Source: a bacterium
GTDB lineage: Bacteria > UBA10199 > 2-02-FULL-50-16 > JAJFLM01
Assembly: GCA_965216315.1 (NCBI GenBank)
Contig: CBDCFN010000016.1
Coordinates: forward strand, 1,696,001 to 1,760,000
Length of the DNA: 64,000 bases
Direction of reading: 5' to 3'
The first letter of the stretch is position 1, and each line of letters begins with the position of its first letter. Under the pieces are notes generated by a model. That model was not told where the DNA came from. It worked only from the letters and a program-made list of their open reading frames with translations, and ran no database searches. Of the stretch, positions 1 to 14,296 are shown in pieces. A program made the translations under genes and the position numbers.

Positions 1-32
1 AAGAAAATTTGAGATAGCGCTAAGATAACCGT

Positions 33-377
33 ATGATGAACATCAAAAACTTTGTCATTCTGGTGGCTTTAATGGCCGGCTTGTTGATGGCATCGGTTTC
101 ACTCGCACAGACGCGCCGCATTTACGTGAATAATATTCGCATGAGCGATCGGCAAGTTTCCCAGTTGGAGTATTTTGCCTGCACGCACATCCCCAACGGT
201 GCGTATTGGTTGAATGTTCGCAATGGGGCGTGGGGCTATTGGGGCAATCCGCAAGTGCAAGGCTACTTTGGTGATCAGTGCCGGCGACCGGCCAACGCGC
301 GGGCCTATCAACGCCGCAAGAGCCTCAGTGAACGTGGTATGCTCTACTCCCCCGGCGAGATACTGAGTGGGAGGTAA
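33..377 (+). CDS. Small secreted hypothetical protein (paralog of 2123..2488)
   Basis: Sec-type signal (…MASVSLA|Q); mature part nearly identical to ORF 2123..2488. Confidence 0.8.
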   Translation: MMNIKNFVILVALMAGLLMASVSLAQTRRIYVNNIRMSDRQVSQLEYFACTHIPNGAYWLNVRNGAWGYWGNPQVQGYFGDQCRRPANARAYQRRKSLSERGMLYSPGEILSGR

Positions 378-418
378 TTGAGTGATTTCTCGATTTAGCG
401 AAAGAGGCGCTTCGGAAC

Positions 419-910
419 TTAAATGCGCTTTGCCTTAAACGACAATTCCACCTCCCATTTTTGCCCAAAAAACTCCTTTTCTCCAGCCGTACTCAATTTC
501 CCTTGTACAAAACTGCCATCTTTTTTGAACTCCGTGAGGGTCATCTTGCCTATGCTCGAAAAGGGCTTTTTGTCATGACTCGTATGGTAGACTTGCGTGC
601 CAATTAGCTTGCCGTCTTCAGTAATAGTGAGCTCTAGGCCACTGCCTAGTTCACCGGCGGACAGCCTCAGGCTAGCATTCGCTCCAGTGCCTGGATCTTT
701 CTCGCTTAAGAAAATATGAACGGTTTTTTTACCCTCATAAGGGTCGCCCTTCAGAGTGATGGCATGTGTTAATTTTGCCGCCTGGCCATTACCCTTGAAA
801 TGGCCTGCAATGACACTTGTTCCGGCTTGGACGGAGAGGGGGAATAAAAGCAGTAGATAGATACCAACAGGGAGAATTTTATCAGACCAAGATTTCATCT
901 TAGACTCCAT
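419..910 (-). CDS. Secreted hypothetical protein
   Basis: 163-aa ORF with signal peptide (…LSVQA|G) and beta-rich mature region. Confidence 0.7.
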   Translation of the reverse strand: MESKMKSWSDKILPVGIYLLLLFPLSVQAGTSVIAGHFKGNGQAAKLTHAITLKGDPYEGKKTVHIFLSEKDPGTGANASLRLSAGELGSGLELTITEDGKLIGTQVYHTSHDKKPFSSIGKMTLTEFKKDGSFVQGKLSTAGEKEFFGQKWEVELSFKAKRI

Positions 911-1028
911 AACTTGCGTTTATCAGAAGTAGTGAGAGTAGCTGAGCCGGCTGGCTATATCAAGCCCATACTAAGCCTGACAGTGCCTCCCTGTGTACTG
1001 TGTGTACACTGAAATACCGCTGCCACGA

Positions 1029-1055
1029 CAACCCAGTAACACCTTCGACCGAAAA
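1029..1055 (+). promoter_or_regulatory. Candidate sigma28-like promoter, variant (CAAC-N16-CCGAAAA)
   Basis: Resembles the recurring CAAC-N15-nCGATA motif but with a 16-nt spacer; 24 nt upstream of the ATG at 1080. Confidence 0.35.
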
Positions 1056-1079
1056 CAATAGAACAACCGGAGGTGTGTA

Positions 1080-1985
1080 ATGGTAGATAATTTACTTTCT
1101 ATAATAACTAATAAAATAAATACTGAAATCCAAACCGAGCCGTTATTTCAGTGGTTCATAGAAGCCAGCAATAAGGCCGAGGCTCCCGAAAGCGATGAGG
1201 CTTCCACAACGACATATGGCCCGACAGAAAAATTTACTGAATTTGAGCAAGGGCAATTCAAAGCTGCCCTGCCGGCCGCCGCAAGGATCATGGGACCACC
1301 TACAGCTGAGACGAGTCTAGCCCCTGACTCTCAATCCAAATCAAGCGAGAACTACGTGCCCATTAACTATCCTACGGGTAACTATTATGCTCCCTGGCAA
1401 CCCGGCGAAACGCCTCCTGATACTGCAGAACGCTCAGCATCCGTCATTACTCAGGCCGAAGGTGCTGGCGAGGGTAGCAATCTCACTCAAGCAGAGATTG
1501 AAGATCAGGCCAAAGCACTCGAAGACCAGGATGTGGAAACCACTGCTACCGAAGAGTCCGATCCGGAAGCTCTGACGCCTGAGGAGCAAGCTTTTTTGGA
1601 CAAACTTCCGGAATTCTTTGCAGCCTACGGAAGCCAGGCCGATCAATTTGATGTCGAAAAAATCAGAGCTACCGCTGCGGAAACAAGTCTAGAGGGATCC
1701 GAAGGACTTGACTTATTAATTGATTTTAAGCGGGGCGATCTCGGCGGTTGGGAGTATATGCAAGCTAGCTATATACTATTTCGATCCTTTGAGAGAGGCG
1801 ACATCTCGGCAAGCCAGTACACCGCGTGGGCCGATCAATCCAGTGGGCTCGATCGCGCAGCCATGATTGGCTTAGCTAAAGTTGCCGAGCAAGAACAGGG
1901 CCTAAGTGATGAAAATTTTGATAGCTACGCTTTCTTCTTAGATGCAATCCATAATGAGGGAGATGGCACGTTTATCTCTTATTAG
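1080..1985 (+). CDS. Acidic hypothetical protein, no signal peptide
   Basis: 301-aa ORF with GGAGG RBS, followed by a perfect hairpin. Confidence 0.75.
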   Translation: MVDNLLSIITNKINTEIQTEPLFQWFIEASNKAEAPESDEASTTTYGPTEKFTEFEQGQFKAALPAAARIMGPPTAETSLAPDSQSKSSENYVPINYPTGNYYAPWQPGETPPDTAERSASVITQAEGAGEGSNLTQAEIEDQAKALEDQDVETTATEESDPEALTPEEQAFLDKLPEFFAAYGSQADQFDVEKIRATAAETSLEGSEGLDLLIDFKRGDLGGWEYMQASYILFRSFERGDISASQYTAWADQSSGLDRAAMIGLAKVAEQEQGLSDENFDSYAFFLDAIHNEGDGTFISY

Positions 1986-1998
1986 TTGTCAACAGACA

Positions 1999-2030
1999 AA
2001 ATCCCGGATCAATTGCATGATCCGGGATTT
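1999..2030. terminator. Rho-independent terminator-like hairpin
   Basis: Perfect 13-bp stem AAATCCCGGATCA/TGATCCGGGATTT with a 6-nt loop, right after the stop at 1985. Confidence 0.7.
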
Positions 2031-2122
2031 CCTCTCCCCCAAAGACTGCCTCCAACAAGGCTTCACCGGCGTCGTCACAAAAAATTGAATAAAGTTCAAG
2101 ATAGCGATAAGATAACGCTATA

Positions 2123-2488
2123 ATGAGAACCAATAATTGTGTCAAAAAAACCCCTCAGAATTTTATCACGGTGGTGACGCTACTGTTTGCTTTGCTGATC
2201 GCGACGGTCTCATTGGCGCAGACGCGACGAGTCTTTGTAAATAACATCCGCATGAGCGATCGACAGGTGTCGCAGCTGGAGTATTTTGCCTGTACCCACA
2301 TCCCCAACGGTGCGTATTGGTTGAATGTCGGCAATGGGGCGTGGGGCTATTGGGGCAATCCGCGAGTGCAAGGCTACTTCGGCGATCAGTGCCGGCGGCC
2401 AAGCAACGCGCGGGCCTATCAACGCCGTAAGAGCCTGAGTGAGCGAGGCATGCTCTACTCCCCCGGCGAGATACTCAGTGGGCGCTAA
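2123..2488 (+). CDS. Small secreted hypothetical protein (paralog of 33..377)
   Basis: Signal peptide …ATVSLA|Q; same mature sequence as 33..377 with a few substitutions. Confidence 0.8.
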   Translation: MRTNNCVKKTPQNFITVVTLLFALLIATVSLAQTRRVFVNNIRMSDRQVSQLEYFACTHIPNGAYWLNVGNGAWGYWGNPRVQGYFGDQCRRPSNARAYQRRKSLSERGMLYSPGEILSGR

Positions 2489-2552
2489 GAGGTTTCCCTC
2501 TTTAACAACACTGTCGCGACTGCAGCGAATTGAATGAGACTAAAGGGCAGTT

Positions 2553-3611
2553 CTAAGGCGTGCATGGTTCCGGTAGCGTTAGCGGCAATACGTTGAGAAT
2601 ATCTTGCTCGTGAATGAAAACTGACTCCAAAGAGAGCTCGTAGCCTTCGCGGATGAAGTCGTCGCAGAAGCGATGACCTCCACCGTAAACAAGCAAGGCT
2701 TCCTCGCCGGGATGATCACGGAAGAATTGAATCATATAGGGAGTGGACCAACTTTCCCGCATGGGATAGATCATATCATCACTCATATCCTGGCAAGTGG
2801 AACTATCGCCCTCCTCGCTCCGGCAGTCCATCACCTGCGATAAAAATTCAAAGATTTGACGCTCCTGCTCCGTGCTCGACGTCCGATGAAACACGACGCC
2901 TTCCGGATGCTGAAGAGCATAGACCCAAGCCGCACCGAAACTCGCCACGAGCTCGTAGTGCGCACTCGAAAACTCTCCCAACGGGAGACCATCTAAGATT
3001 TGCTGATATTCCGTGCGAAAATCATCCAGATCCTCGTAACGGAATTCGATATTCCGTCGGATCTCTTCGCCGTGGAGGTCATATGTCAATCCTTCGATAA
3101 AAAAGTGACGCGGCTGAAAAATCTCCATGAGTATCAGGCTGCTGACCTGATACTGGACGAGCGCCAGCCATTGTTCATCGTCAACGATCCCATGATTGGG
3201 CATATGCAGGTTGCGAAGAAAAATGAGCCGACCTAAACGCGGATCGCCATCGAGCTCATTCACAATGTGAAATGTCTCACTCAGTCGTGGGCGACGGGAG
3301 ATCTCTTCCAAGGCCAAATGCATGCGTCCCTGAGCGGGCTCGACTGTGGGGGCCGATTCAGGTTCCGGATTGGACCCCGAACAATTGCATCCCGCCGTCG
3401 TCACGCAACTACCTATAGCCAAGGCAAGCGGCAAAAAAAGCCGATTTGCCCAAAGAGTGAAACGACTCTGGGAAGGCGAAGTCGCCGTCGCGGTAGGCGC
3501 AACACAGGCATTGTCAGCGCCCAAATTGACAACCGAGTGGTTTTGCAAAGGAACCGCCGCTGTCAAGAGCGGGGCCATCGAGAGCCCATTCAGGGCACAA
3601 GAAAACGTCAT
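2553..3611 (-). CDS. Hypothetical protein with long N-terminal leader and delayed lipobox-like segment
   Basis: Start moved to ATG 3611 (GAGGAG RBS upstream); LALAIGSC/TTAGC occurs about 65-75 residues in. Confidence 0.7.
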   Translation of the reverse strand: MTFSCALNGLSMAPLLTAAVPLQNHSVVNLGADNACVAPTATATSPSQSRFTLWANRLFLPLALAIGSCVTTAGCNCSGSNPEPESAPTVEPAQGRMHLALEEISRRPRLSETFHIVNELDGDPRLGRLIFLRNLHMPNHGIVDDEQWLALVQYQVSSLILMEIFQPRHFFIEGLTYDLHGEEIRRNIEFRYEDLDDFRTEYQQILDGLPLGEFSSAHYELVASFGAAWVYALQHPEGVVFHRTSSTEQERQIFEFLSQVMDCRSEEGDSSTCQDMSDDMIYPMRESWSTPYMIQFFRDHPGEEALLVYGGGHRFCDDFIREGYELSLESVFIHEQDILNVLPLTLPEPCTP

Positions 3612-3668
3612 GGAACTCCTCCTCTTGTCCCCATGACAAGTGAAAGAGCTATTTCGATCTGGCCACAT

Positions 3669-3695
3669 CTATCGGCGGACAGACGATTAAGTTGC
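3669..3695 (-). promoter_or_regulatory. Candidate sigma28-like promoter GCAAC-N15-CCGATAG
   Basis: Matches the motif recurring at 27139, 43052, 50009 and 54210. Confidence 0.6.
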
Positions 3696-3846
3696 GAAAG
3701 AAATGACGCAAAGATGTGAGGCGGAGACAACGAATGCCCTGTAATTATTGAGAAATTTTTCACCTCTGTCTTGTGTCTTATTAAGTAAGTAAGCATTATC
3801 AACTTGCAAAGGGCATCTAAGAAGACCATGAAATTCGTGTCCTCAT

Positions 3847-6800
3847 CTACGGGACAAGGAAAAAACCTAGACCCTTACCCTGATACGTACCCACCTGATC
3901 ACAGGTGTTGACGGCTAAGACGTTGACAATATACCCGGTATAATACTTAAGCGGTATCGGAGCCGATTGAGTACCTTGTACCGTTGCGCTGTAAATAATC
4001 TTTGGTAGACCAAAAATGCTGATCTCAATGCGATAGGCTTTCGCCCCTGAGATTGGCTGCCATTGAAAGGCGTAGCTGGGCACAGGAGTCTTGGTCACGC
4101 ATGTCGGACAATATTGTGCCGAGGATTGAGGCGACAAATTCGTGACGACAGTTTCCTTCAAATCAGAGCATGCTTGCAGCCCTTGTCCACCCTTCTCCTC
4201 AGCTTGCTTATCAACTTGCTTTGCCTCAGAACCGGTATGAAAAATACCTAATGTCCCACCTGAGCTGGCCTGGATGTTATTAGGACCGGCTACCGCATGA
4301 ACTTCCCATAGGTATGTCTGATCGGGTTTTAATTTAGACGTAAGGATATATTTCTTATCCTTAAGCGATGTACCAAACGCTGGCTTGTTAAGACTTCCCT
4401 CATACAGTTGGAATACATATTTATCAGGTGGATATTCGTTATCGTTTGGCGATTCCCAATAGAAAACCCCCAGATTGGCATGAAAAGACGTTCCAACATT
4501 ATTAACCGGACTTTTTAAGATAACCGAACTCGGGGCAATCTCATAACAGCCCGTTGCAACCTCACCTGGATAGGGTTTTGTCGCTCTGACTTTCCAACAG
4601 TACCCTGCTTTATCGCCGGAAACAACCGCACTTGGCACGTGCCAAATAACGCGTTGACCCTTGCCTTGAACAACATCCTGTTCATAAACGGCTTGATTGG
4701 GAGCATTTTTTTTATAAATGGACAAATTATAGTTAACGGCACCGGGAACTGTCTGCCACTGAAAAGTGACTGGCGTTGCCTTGTAACCGATCGCCCAGGG
4801 ATAGGGCGGATTTAACGGTGACTTCAGTACGGGCGCGGTCAACTTATAATCGACCTTGAAAGAACGCGTGGCGGAAATTAGGCCAAGTTCATGATAAGGG
4901 CCCGGCCCAATAGGCTGTACTGCCCAATAATAAGGCTGCTGTGAATCGGGAACGCTGACGGCATGACTGTTCTCTTGCACTTCACCAGACAAGAAAGCTT
5001 TGTCCATATTCGGCTCTGTTGATACATAATATTTATACGCTTCTGCTCCCTCAACTGGCAACCACTCCAATGAGATAGCCCATGGCGGCACAGTTGCGGC
5101 GTCTTTAGGTGCTAATAGTGAGGTTTGAGGCTCCGCGGTATTAAATGACGTGACGTCAGACCATTCACCCGCTGCTTCGTCAGGGCCTATCAAACCGACG
5201 CGCCAATAATATTGCGCACCCTTCTTCAACTTAAATTTTTCGCGTGTGGCACTTGTGAATCGAGAAGTCGTGCCTTTCATCGGAAAAGTTGAGTCGTCGG
5301 CAAGTTGCACGATATACTTCAGCACGCCGCTTTCATGAGCCCAGCTGAGTTCCGCGTTCCACGGATGCTGGGTAACACCGCTACCTGGTGATAGGTTCTT
5401 TGACTTTTTAGAGGCCGTTTTAAAGTAAAAGGTCGGGAACCACTCGCTCCATTCCTCAGGTTTAACCCTCACAGACGACTTGGCACTCTCAGCAGTGATG
5501 GTAATCGGAACCACAACGGCCTCATGACCCACCTTAGGTCTTATAGACTGTGTGTTATCGGCACTGATTCCCTTGTCGATGGGAACATTCGCTTGAGGAC
5601 TTGGCATTGAAGCAGACTCACTCAACGACTTAGCTCGTACCCGCCAGTAGTACGTCGTATTGGAATTGAGATTAAAATCCACATGTGTCGTCGTCATGCC
5701 TCCAAGCTTATTCTCATCTACAAATGAGACCTGCTGTGTCTTTACTCCCTTTTCAAACGATGCGCTGGGGGAAACCTGAATTTCCCACATATATTCATTA
5801 GGCTTGGCTTCCCAAGCCAAGCGCGTAGGCCAAGGATCCATGTCCTTCATACCGGTCCGTGGGCTGTGATAGCGAGGAGTTTCCTTATAAGCATCTCCAA
5901 TGCCAACGGCATGCCAAGAATTTATTATCGCCTGATATTCCGGCGAGTCTTTCCCGAAAAAGAACTCTGCAATGGATATTGTTCCGAGGCGCATATCGGC
6001 AAACTGGGCATGTGGGAACAATTTCGTAATAAGAGTAAAGTACATTATCATCGCTGCCTTCTCTAGACCGATCCCCTTTACTTTATAAGACCACTTCAGA
6101 TCATTGACACCCTGCCCTCCATTAACGAGTAAATAAAACCAGTAACTGACAACCGTACTGTTGTCATGCACACCGCAGTAGTCATTTGCTTCCACACAGG
6201 GCTGCTGAACAGGAACATAGTATTTGCCTTGATAGGTGTCAGGCAACTTTGGGAGCTTGGCATCCTCTGGATGCCCTTGGGGATTTGCTATATCTCGCAT
6301 CCAGTGCTTATCCAACGTTACCTTCTCTCCTATTGTCCAGTTGGCCTTTGTCGGATCAACAGCGAAATCAACTAGCACTGCGAAGATATCGGCAAGCGCT
6401 TCATGGATGGCACCTGCTTCCCCCATTACTGGAATGCCATTCACTGCATGAGCAATGACACCGTGAGCAAACTCATGGGCCACAATATCCAACGAAACAG
6501 AAGGAGACGATTCATTCTCTATACCATCTCCTTTAAAAATCATTTTGTAGTTGCCTGGCACGCTCTTATCATAGATATACGCCGCTTCATACCGTTCTGA
6601 ATTGTTGTGGACCTCAACATTTATCGGCAGTTTTCCAACAGCGTCCCAACCCAGCCGCCCAAAATTCTTCTTGAAGTAAGCGGTCGCCTGTTGAAGCGCC
6701 CAATGCACACAAACCCCTACCTCATCTTCCGGGTCCTGGAAATTATTATCTACGTCCGTAAAAAAAACGTCCTTAGATAAAGTATTAAGATTGCCTTGAA

Positions 6801-7629
6801 GATTTGGTTTTCGCACATCGCGCATGAAAATTTTAGGTGGGGTATTGCGATAAAGGCGGTAATTATCACCCGCCCATTTATCGTCCGCTGTAAAAGAAAC
6901 TTTGCCTCGGTAGGTGCAGTTTCCTTGGCTGGGGATATCGGCCTCAAGTATATTATTGAGTTGGTTTACTACCTCGCCGTTATGCGCATCCACATGAACA
7001 TCCCAATTTCTATAAGGCTTCATCGTTTTGATCGTAAAACGATAAACTACATGGAAACTCCCAGGTGCGAATGTCTGATTCTTGGAACTTATAACCAGTT
7101 CGCCCTTGGGCTTTGAATATTTCTCTGGCTCAGCTTCCCACATGTACTGCTCAGCACCAATATGATCGAGCGCCGCCTTCAGGGCTTCCGATTCGGACAA
7201 AGTAGGTGTCGTATCTAGGTCAAGACCGGGAATGACATTGACCACGGCATGCACCACTGCACCTTCCTTTTCCTGCGTAATCATCTCAGCCCCCATTATT
7301 TCGAGATCTTTGTAAGTTTGATTATGGCGCGTGTGCGTATAACCGTAAGGATCAGTGATGGTTTTGTAGGAAACTAATTTGGAATGTAAATCTAACTTTA
7401 ATTCTGCCGCTGCCCGCCTTAGAAAGCTCTGTCGAGATATTTTAAGAACCGCAGGTAGTCGAAGGTCACGGATCTGACCTTTGACGCGTCCTACCCGCAC
7501 ATTTTCTTGTGTGAGTATGGCCTTGTGCTCAATGGGCACTAACAACGATGGCCCTTCTGCTAAACTATAATGTGAATTAGGTGCGAAAAGACTACAGATG
7601 AGAAGAATTGTCGAAATGAGCCATCTCAT
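3847..7629 (-). CDS. Secreted M4 (thermolysin-family) zinc metalloprotease with propeptide and C-terminal Fn3-like repeats
   Basis: Signal peptide, FTP/PepSY-like propeptide, HEFAH zinc motif, GAIHEALAD third ligand, GVHDNS catalytic His; repeated YYWRV-type beta-sandwich modules. Confidence 0.9.
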   Translation of the reverse strand: MRWLISTILLICSLFAPNSHYSLAEGPSLLVPIEHKAILTQENVRVGRVKGQIRDLRLPAVLKISRQSFLRRAAAELKLDLHSKLVSYKTITDPYGYTHTRHNQTYKDLEIMGAEMITQEKEGAVVHAVVNVIPGLDLDTTPTLSESEALKAALDHIGAEQYMWEAEPEKYSKPKGELVISSKNQTFAPGSFHVVYRFTIKTMKPYRNWDVHVDAHNGEVVNQLNNILEADIPSQGNCTYRGKVSFTADDKWAGDNYRLYRNTPPKIFMRDVRKPNLQGNLNTLSKDVFFTDVDNNFQDPEDEVGVCVHWALQQATAYFKKNFGRLGWDAVGKLPINVEVHNNSERYEAAYIYDKSVPGNYKMIFKGDGIENESSPSVSLDIVAHEFAHGVIAHAVNGIPVMGEAGAIHEALADIFAVLVDFAVDPTKANWTIGEKVTLDKHWMRDIANPQGHPEDAKLPKLPDTYQGKYYVPVQQPCVEANDYCGVHDNSTVVSYWFYLLVNGGQGVNDLKWSYKVKGIGLEKAAMIMYFTLITKLFPHAQFADMRLGTISIAEFFFGKDSPEYQAIINSWHAVGIGDAYKETPRYHSPRTGMKDMDPWPTRLAWEAKPNEYMWEIQVSPSASFEKGVKTQQVSFVDENKLGGMTTTHVDFNLNSNTTYYWRVRAKSLSESASMPSPQANVPIDKGISADNTQSIRPKVGHEAVVVPITITAESAKSSVRVKPEEWSEWFPTFYFKTASKKSKNLSPGSGVTQHPWNAELSWAHESGVLKYIVQLADDSTFPMKGTTSRFTSATREKFKLKKGAQYYWRVGLIGPDEAAGEWSDVTSFNTAEPQTSLLAPKDAATVPPWAISLEWLPVEGAEAYKYYVSTEPNMDKAFLSGEVQENSHAVSVPDSQQPYYWAVQPIGPGPYHELGLISATRSFKVDYKLTAPVLKSPLNPPYPWAIGYKATPVTFQWQTVPGAVNYNLSIYKKNAPNQAVYEQDVVQGKGQRVIWHVPSAVVSGDKAGYCWKVRATKPYPGEVATGCYEIAPSSVILKSPVNNVGTSFHANLGVFYWESPNDNEYPPDKYVFQLYEGSLNKPAFGTSLKDKKYILTSKLKPDQTYLWEVHAVAGPNNIQASSGGTLGIFHTGSEAKQVDKQAEEKGGQGLQACSDLKETVVTNLSPQSSAQYCPTCVTKTPVPSYAFQWQPISGAKAYRIEISIFGLPKIIYSATVQGTQSAPIPLKYYTGYIVNVLAVNTCDQVGTYQGKGLGFFLVP

Positions 7630-7700
7630 AAAAGATCCGTCACGATCTAACCATTCTCCGTATTATAGTAGATATAAGGATGCTTCACAAGCTGTGGCGC

Positions 7701-7811
7701 TTAATGACAGAAGCGACGGAGCTTCGAAAACCTATCCAGCATCACCCGCTGGCCACGGATCATCAGAATGGAATCTTCAAGTTGTTCAATTCGTACTAGT
7801 TTTTGCGGCAT
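7701..7811 (-). pseudogene. Truncated ORF6N-domain gene remnant (36 aa)
   Basis: Translates as MPQKLVRIEQLEDSILMIRGQRVMLDRFSKLRRFCH*; IRGQRVMLDR is the typical ORF6N N-terminal motif, which breaks off before DLAxLY. Confidence 0.55.
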
Positions 7812-7960
7812 CGGCACTTACTGGAGCAATATCAATGCCAATGAGTGGTCCTATATTAATCAAGAACTTAGTGAACTAACGGCTAAAGAAGCGTCTCAAT
7901 TTGAAACCCTTAATTAGCGTTTTCGTACCTGCGGCTTGTGTTCTTCTGCTTATAACAGAG

Positions 7961-8497
7961 TTACCACTGCCACCAACGCTTATTTCCAAGTGGATTTGTA
8001 ATGTGAGGAACCTTTACTGGTTTAGCACCGTGCGGAATGCCAAGCCCTGACCAATAGTCACTCGCTTTTGTTATTCGAACACAAGTATGACTCTGGAGAT
8101 TATTTCCGATCTTTGGATCTAGCGTTAAGAGAATTGGGATTTTTGCATCATCGACTTCAGCAAGAATCTGACAATCATTTGGTCCACTATGATACTGTTG
8201 AAATAATTTAACTTTACGTGCAATTGCCTTCACATTCAAAGACCAAGTTACATCGTGAAGCAATACATAATGAACATGACGATGTTTTTGATATCTTGGT
8301 TGTTTTGCAATTTTTTGATATTCTGTGATCACAGTAGGTACTAAATAGAATTCTTGATCTACGTATAAGAAACAACGAAGCATAGCCACACGCTCACTTC
8401 GTAACACACGACTATCCCTTGATGGATCGTAATTCGGATCCATGGCCTCTATTAAATAAGTCATCATGTTTGAATCGATAGCAATTTGTTGAGCCAT
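7961..8497 (-). CDS. PIN-domain (VapC-like) ribonuclease
   Basis: IAIDSN, LVPTVITE, DCQILAE and LLTLD acidic motif pattern typical of the PIN fold; AT-rich. Confidence 0.7.
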   Translation of the reverse strand: MAQQIAIDSNMMTYLIEAMDPNYDPSRDSRVLRSERVAMLRCFLYVDQEFYLVPTVITEYQKIAKQPRYQKHRHVHYVLLHDVTWSLNVKAIARKVKLFQQYHSGPNDCQILAEVDDAKIPILLTLDPKIGNNLQSHTCVRITKASDYWSGLGIPHGAKPVKVPHITNPLGNKRWWQW

Positions 8498-8578
8498 ACA
8501 CCCTCATACCATAAATCAAATGTACGCCAAGAGCCCGAAACGTTCAGATCCAAGACCATTCGAGTAAATCCCCCCTCA

Positions 8579-8599
8579 CCCCCCTTTCCTAAAGGGGGG
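8579..8599. repeat. Short GC-rich palindromic hairpin
   Basis: CCCCCCTTT-CCT-AAAGGGGGG, a perfect 9-bp stem. Confidence 0.5.
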
Positions 8600-8615
8600 A
8601 ATACAGATCTCAGAC

Positions 8616-8650
8616 AAAAAAATGCCCGCCTCTAATGAGACGGGCATTTT
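8616..8650 (-). terminator. rRNA operon Rho-independent terminator
   Basis: Minus strand reads AAAATGCCCGTCTC-ATTA-GAGGCGGGCATTTTTTT directly after 5S. Confidence 0.85.
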
Positions 8651-8661
8651 AAGTAATAAAA

Positions 8662-8778
8662 ACCGGCGACGTCCTACTCTCCCAGGGAATAACTCCCAAG
8701 TACCATCGGCTCTGGTGGGCTTAACTGCTGTGTTCGGAATGGGAACAGGTGTTTCCCCACCGACAAAGTCACCGGAAA
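8662..8778 (-). rRNA. rrf: 5S rRNA
   Basis: Conserved ACCTGTTCCCATTCCGAACACAG and GATGGTACT…GGGAGAGTAGG motifs. Confidence 0.97.
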
Positions 8779-8916
8779 CTTTGCACCCTGTTTCACCTTC
8801 GCAAAACAGAGCGACTTAAACTCAATATGAAAGAGATGCACCGCATAGAGCATGATGCAACCGCGCTTTTCTTCTAAGCCCACCCCGTCAAAGACAGGAT
8901 GAGCAAAGAAAAAATA

Positions 8917-11879
<2,963 letters not shown>

Positions 11880-11998
11880 AATCCTTCCTCCCCCAACAAG
11901 TTGGGGAAGTTTAAACTTGGTTAAGCGCGTGTTGCATGGTTTTTGCTTATGCGGTGCATTTCTTTACATATTGAATTGTCAAAGAACTCGGGTCGTTC

Positions 11999-12184
11999 AG
12001 CGAACTGAAAACGCAGTTTCCAGTTCGCTATAGTTAGAGGGAAGAAAACTCTCTCCCCTCTAACAACACCCCATCGTGGGGTAATTTAAAAGACCAACTT
12101 TATCCTCTTCCCATAGATGCCAAAGGCATCGAGAGGGGAAGGCTCCAGGAGCTTTGCTTCTGGAGGGGGCGACGCAAGCCCCTT
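11999..12184. repeat. Structured spacer repeat unit A (downstream of tRNA-Ala)
   Basis: Shares AAAACGCAGTTTC, AAAACTCTCTCCCC and GAGAGGGG…GGAGGGGGCGACGC.AGCCCC modules with unit B. Confidence 0.8.
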
Positions 12185-12191
12185 ATAAATG

Positions 12192-12264
12192 TGGAGCTGA
12201 GGGGGATCGAACCCCTGACCTCCTGGTTGCAAACCAGGCGCTCTCCCAATTGAGCTACAGCCCC
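12192..12264 (-). tRNA. tRNA-Ala (TGC), CCA not encoded
   Basis: Cloverleaf GGGGCTGTAGCTCAATTGG…CCTGG-TT-TGC-AA-CCAGG…CAGCTCCA followed by CAT. Confidence 0.97.
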
Positions 12265-12268
12265 GTCC

Positions 12269-12444
12269 GCAAAAACGAAAACGCAGTTTCCGTTTTCGCT
12301 ATAGATAGGGGTGAGAAAAACTCTCTCCCCCCTAACAACCCCCCATCGTTCACTCGATTGCGACGAAGTCGCTAGCGAGCAACGCGAGCGAGAGGGGCAG
12401 GCTCCGGCGGCTCTGCCGACCGGAGGGGGCGACGCGAGCCCCTA
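12269..12444. repeat. Structured spacer repeat unit B (downstream of tRNA-Ile)
   Basis: Paralogous to unit A; 12372..12444 matches the reverse complement of 34335..34407 at 69/73 nt. Confidence 0.85.
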
Positions 12445-12451
12445 ATAAGTA

Positions 12452-12525
<74 letters not shown>

Positions 12526-12739
12526 GTGCAATACACAACATTAAAAAGAACAAAATACGCTCCCTTAAAACTGAACAGCGTTCGAGAATAAAGATGCACT
12601 TTCCATGGATACCGATCCACGGAAAGCTGACCTAAGGTACCGTGCCGATGTCGCTCATGAATTCCAGACAGGTCACTGTAAACAGCAACCGATCCTTCCA
12701 TCACAAGCATAGTGACATCAGACAACCAGTGACACCTTA

Positions 12740-14296
<1,557 letters not shown>

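Noticed and set aside
7598..7879. 93-aa plus-strand ORF as a possible antitoxin for the PIN gene
   Set aside because: Opposite strand, overlaps the protease start and the ORF6N relic, no RBS or antitoxin features
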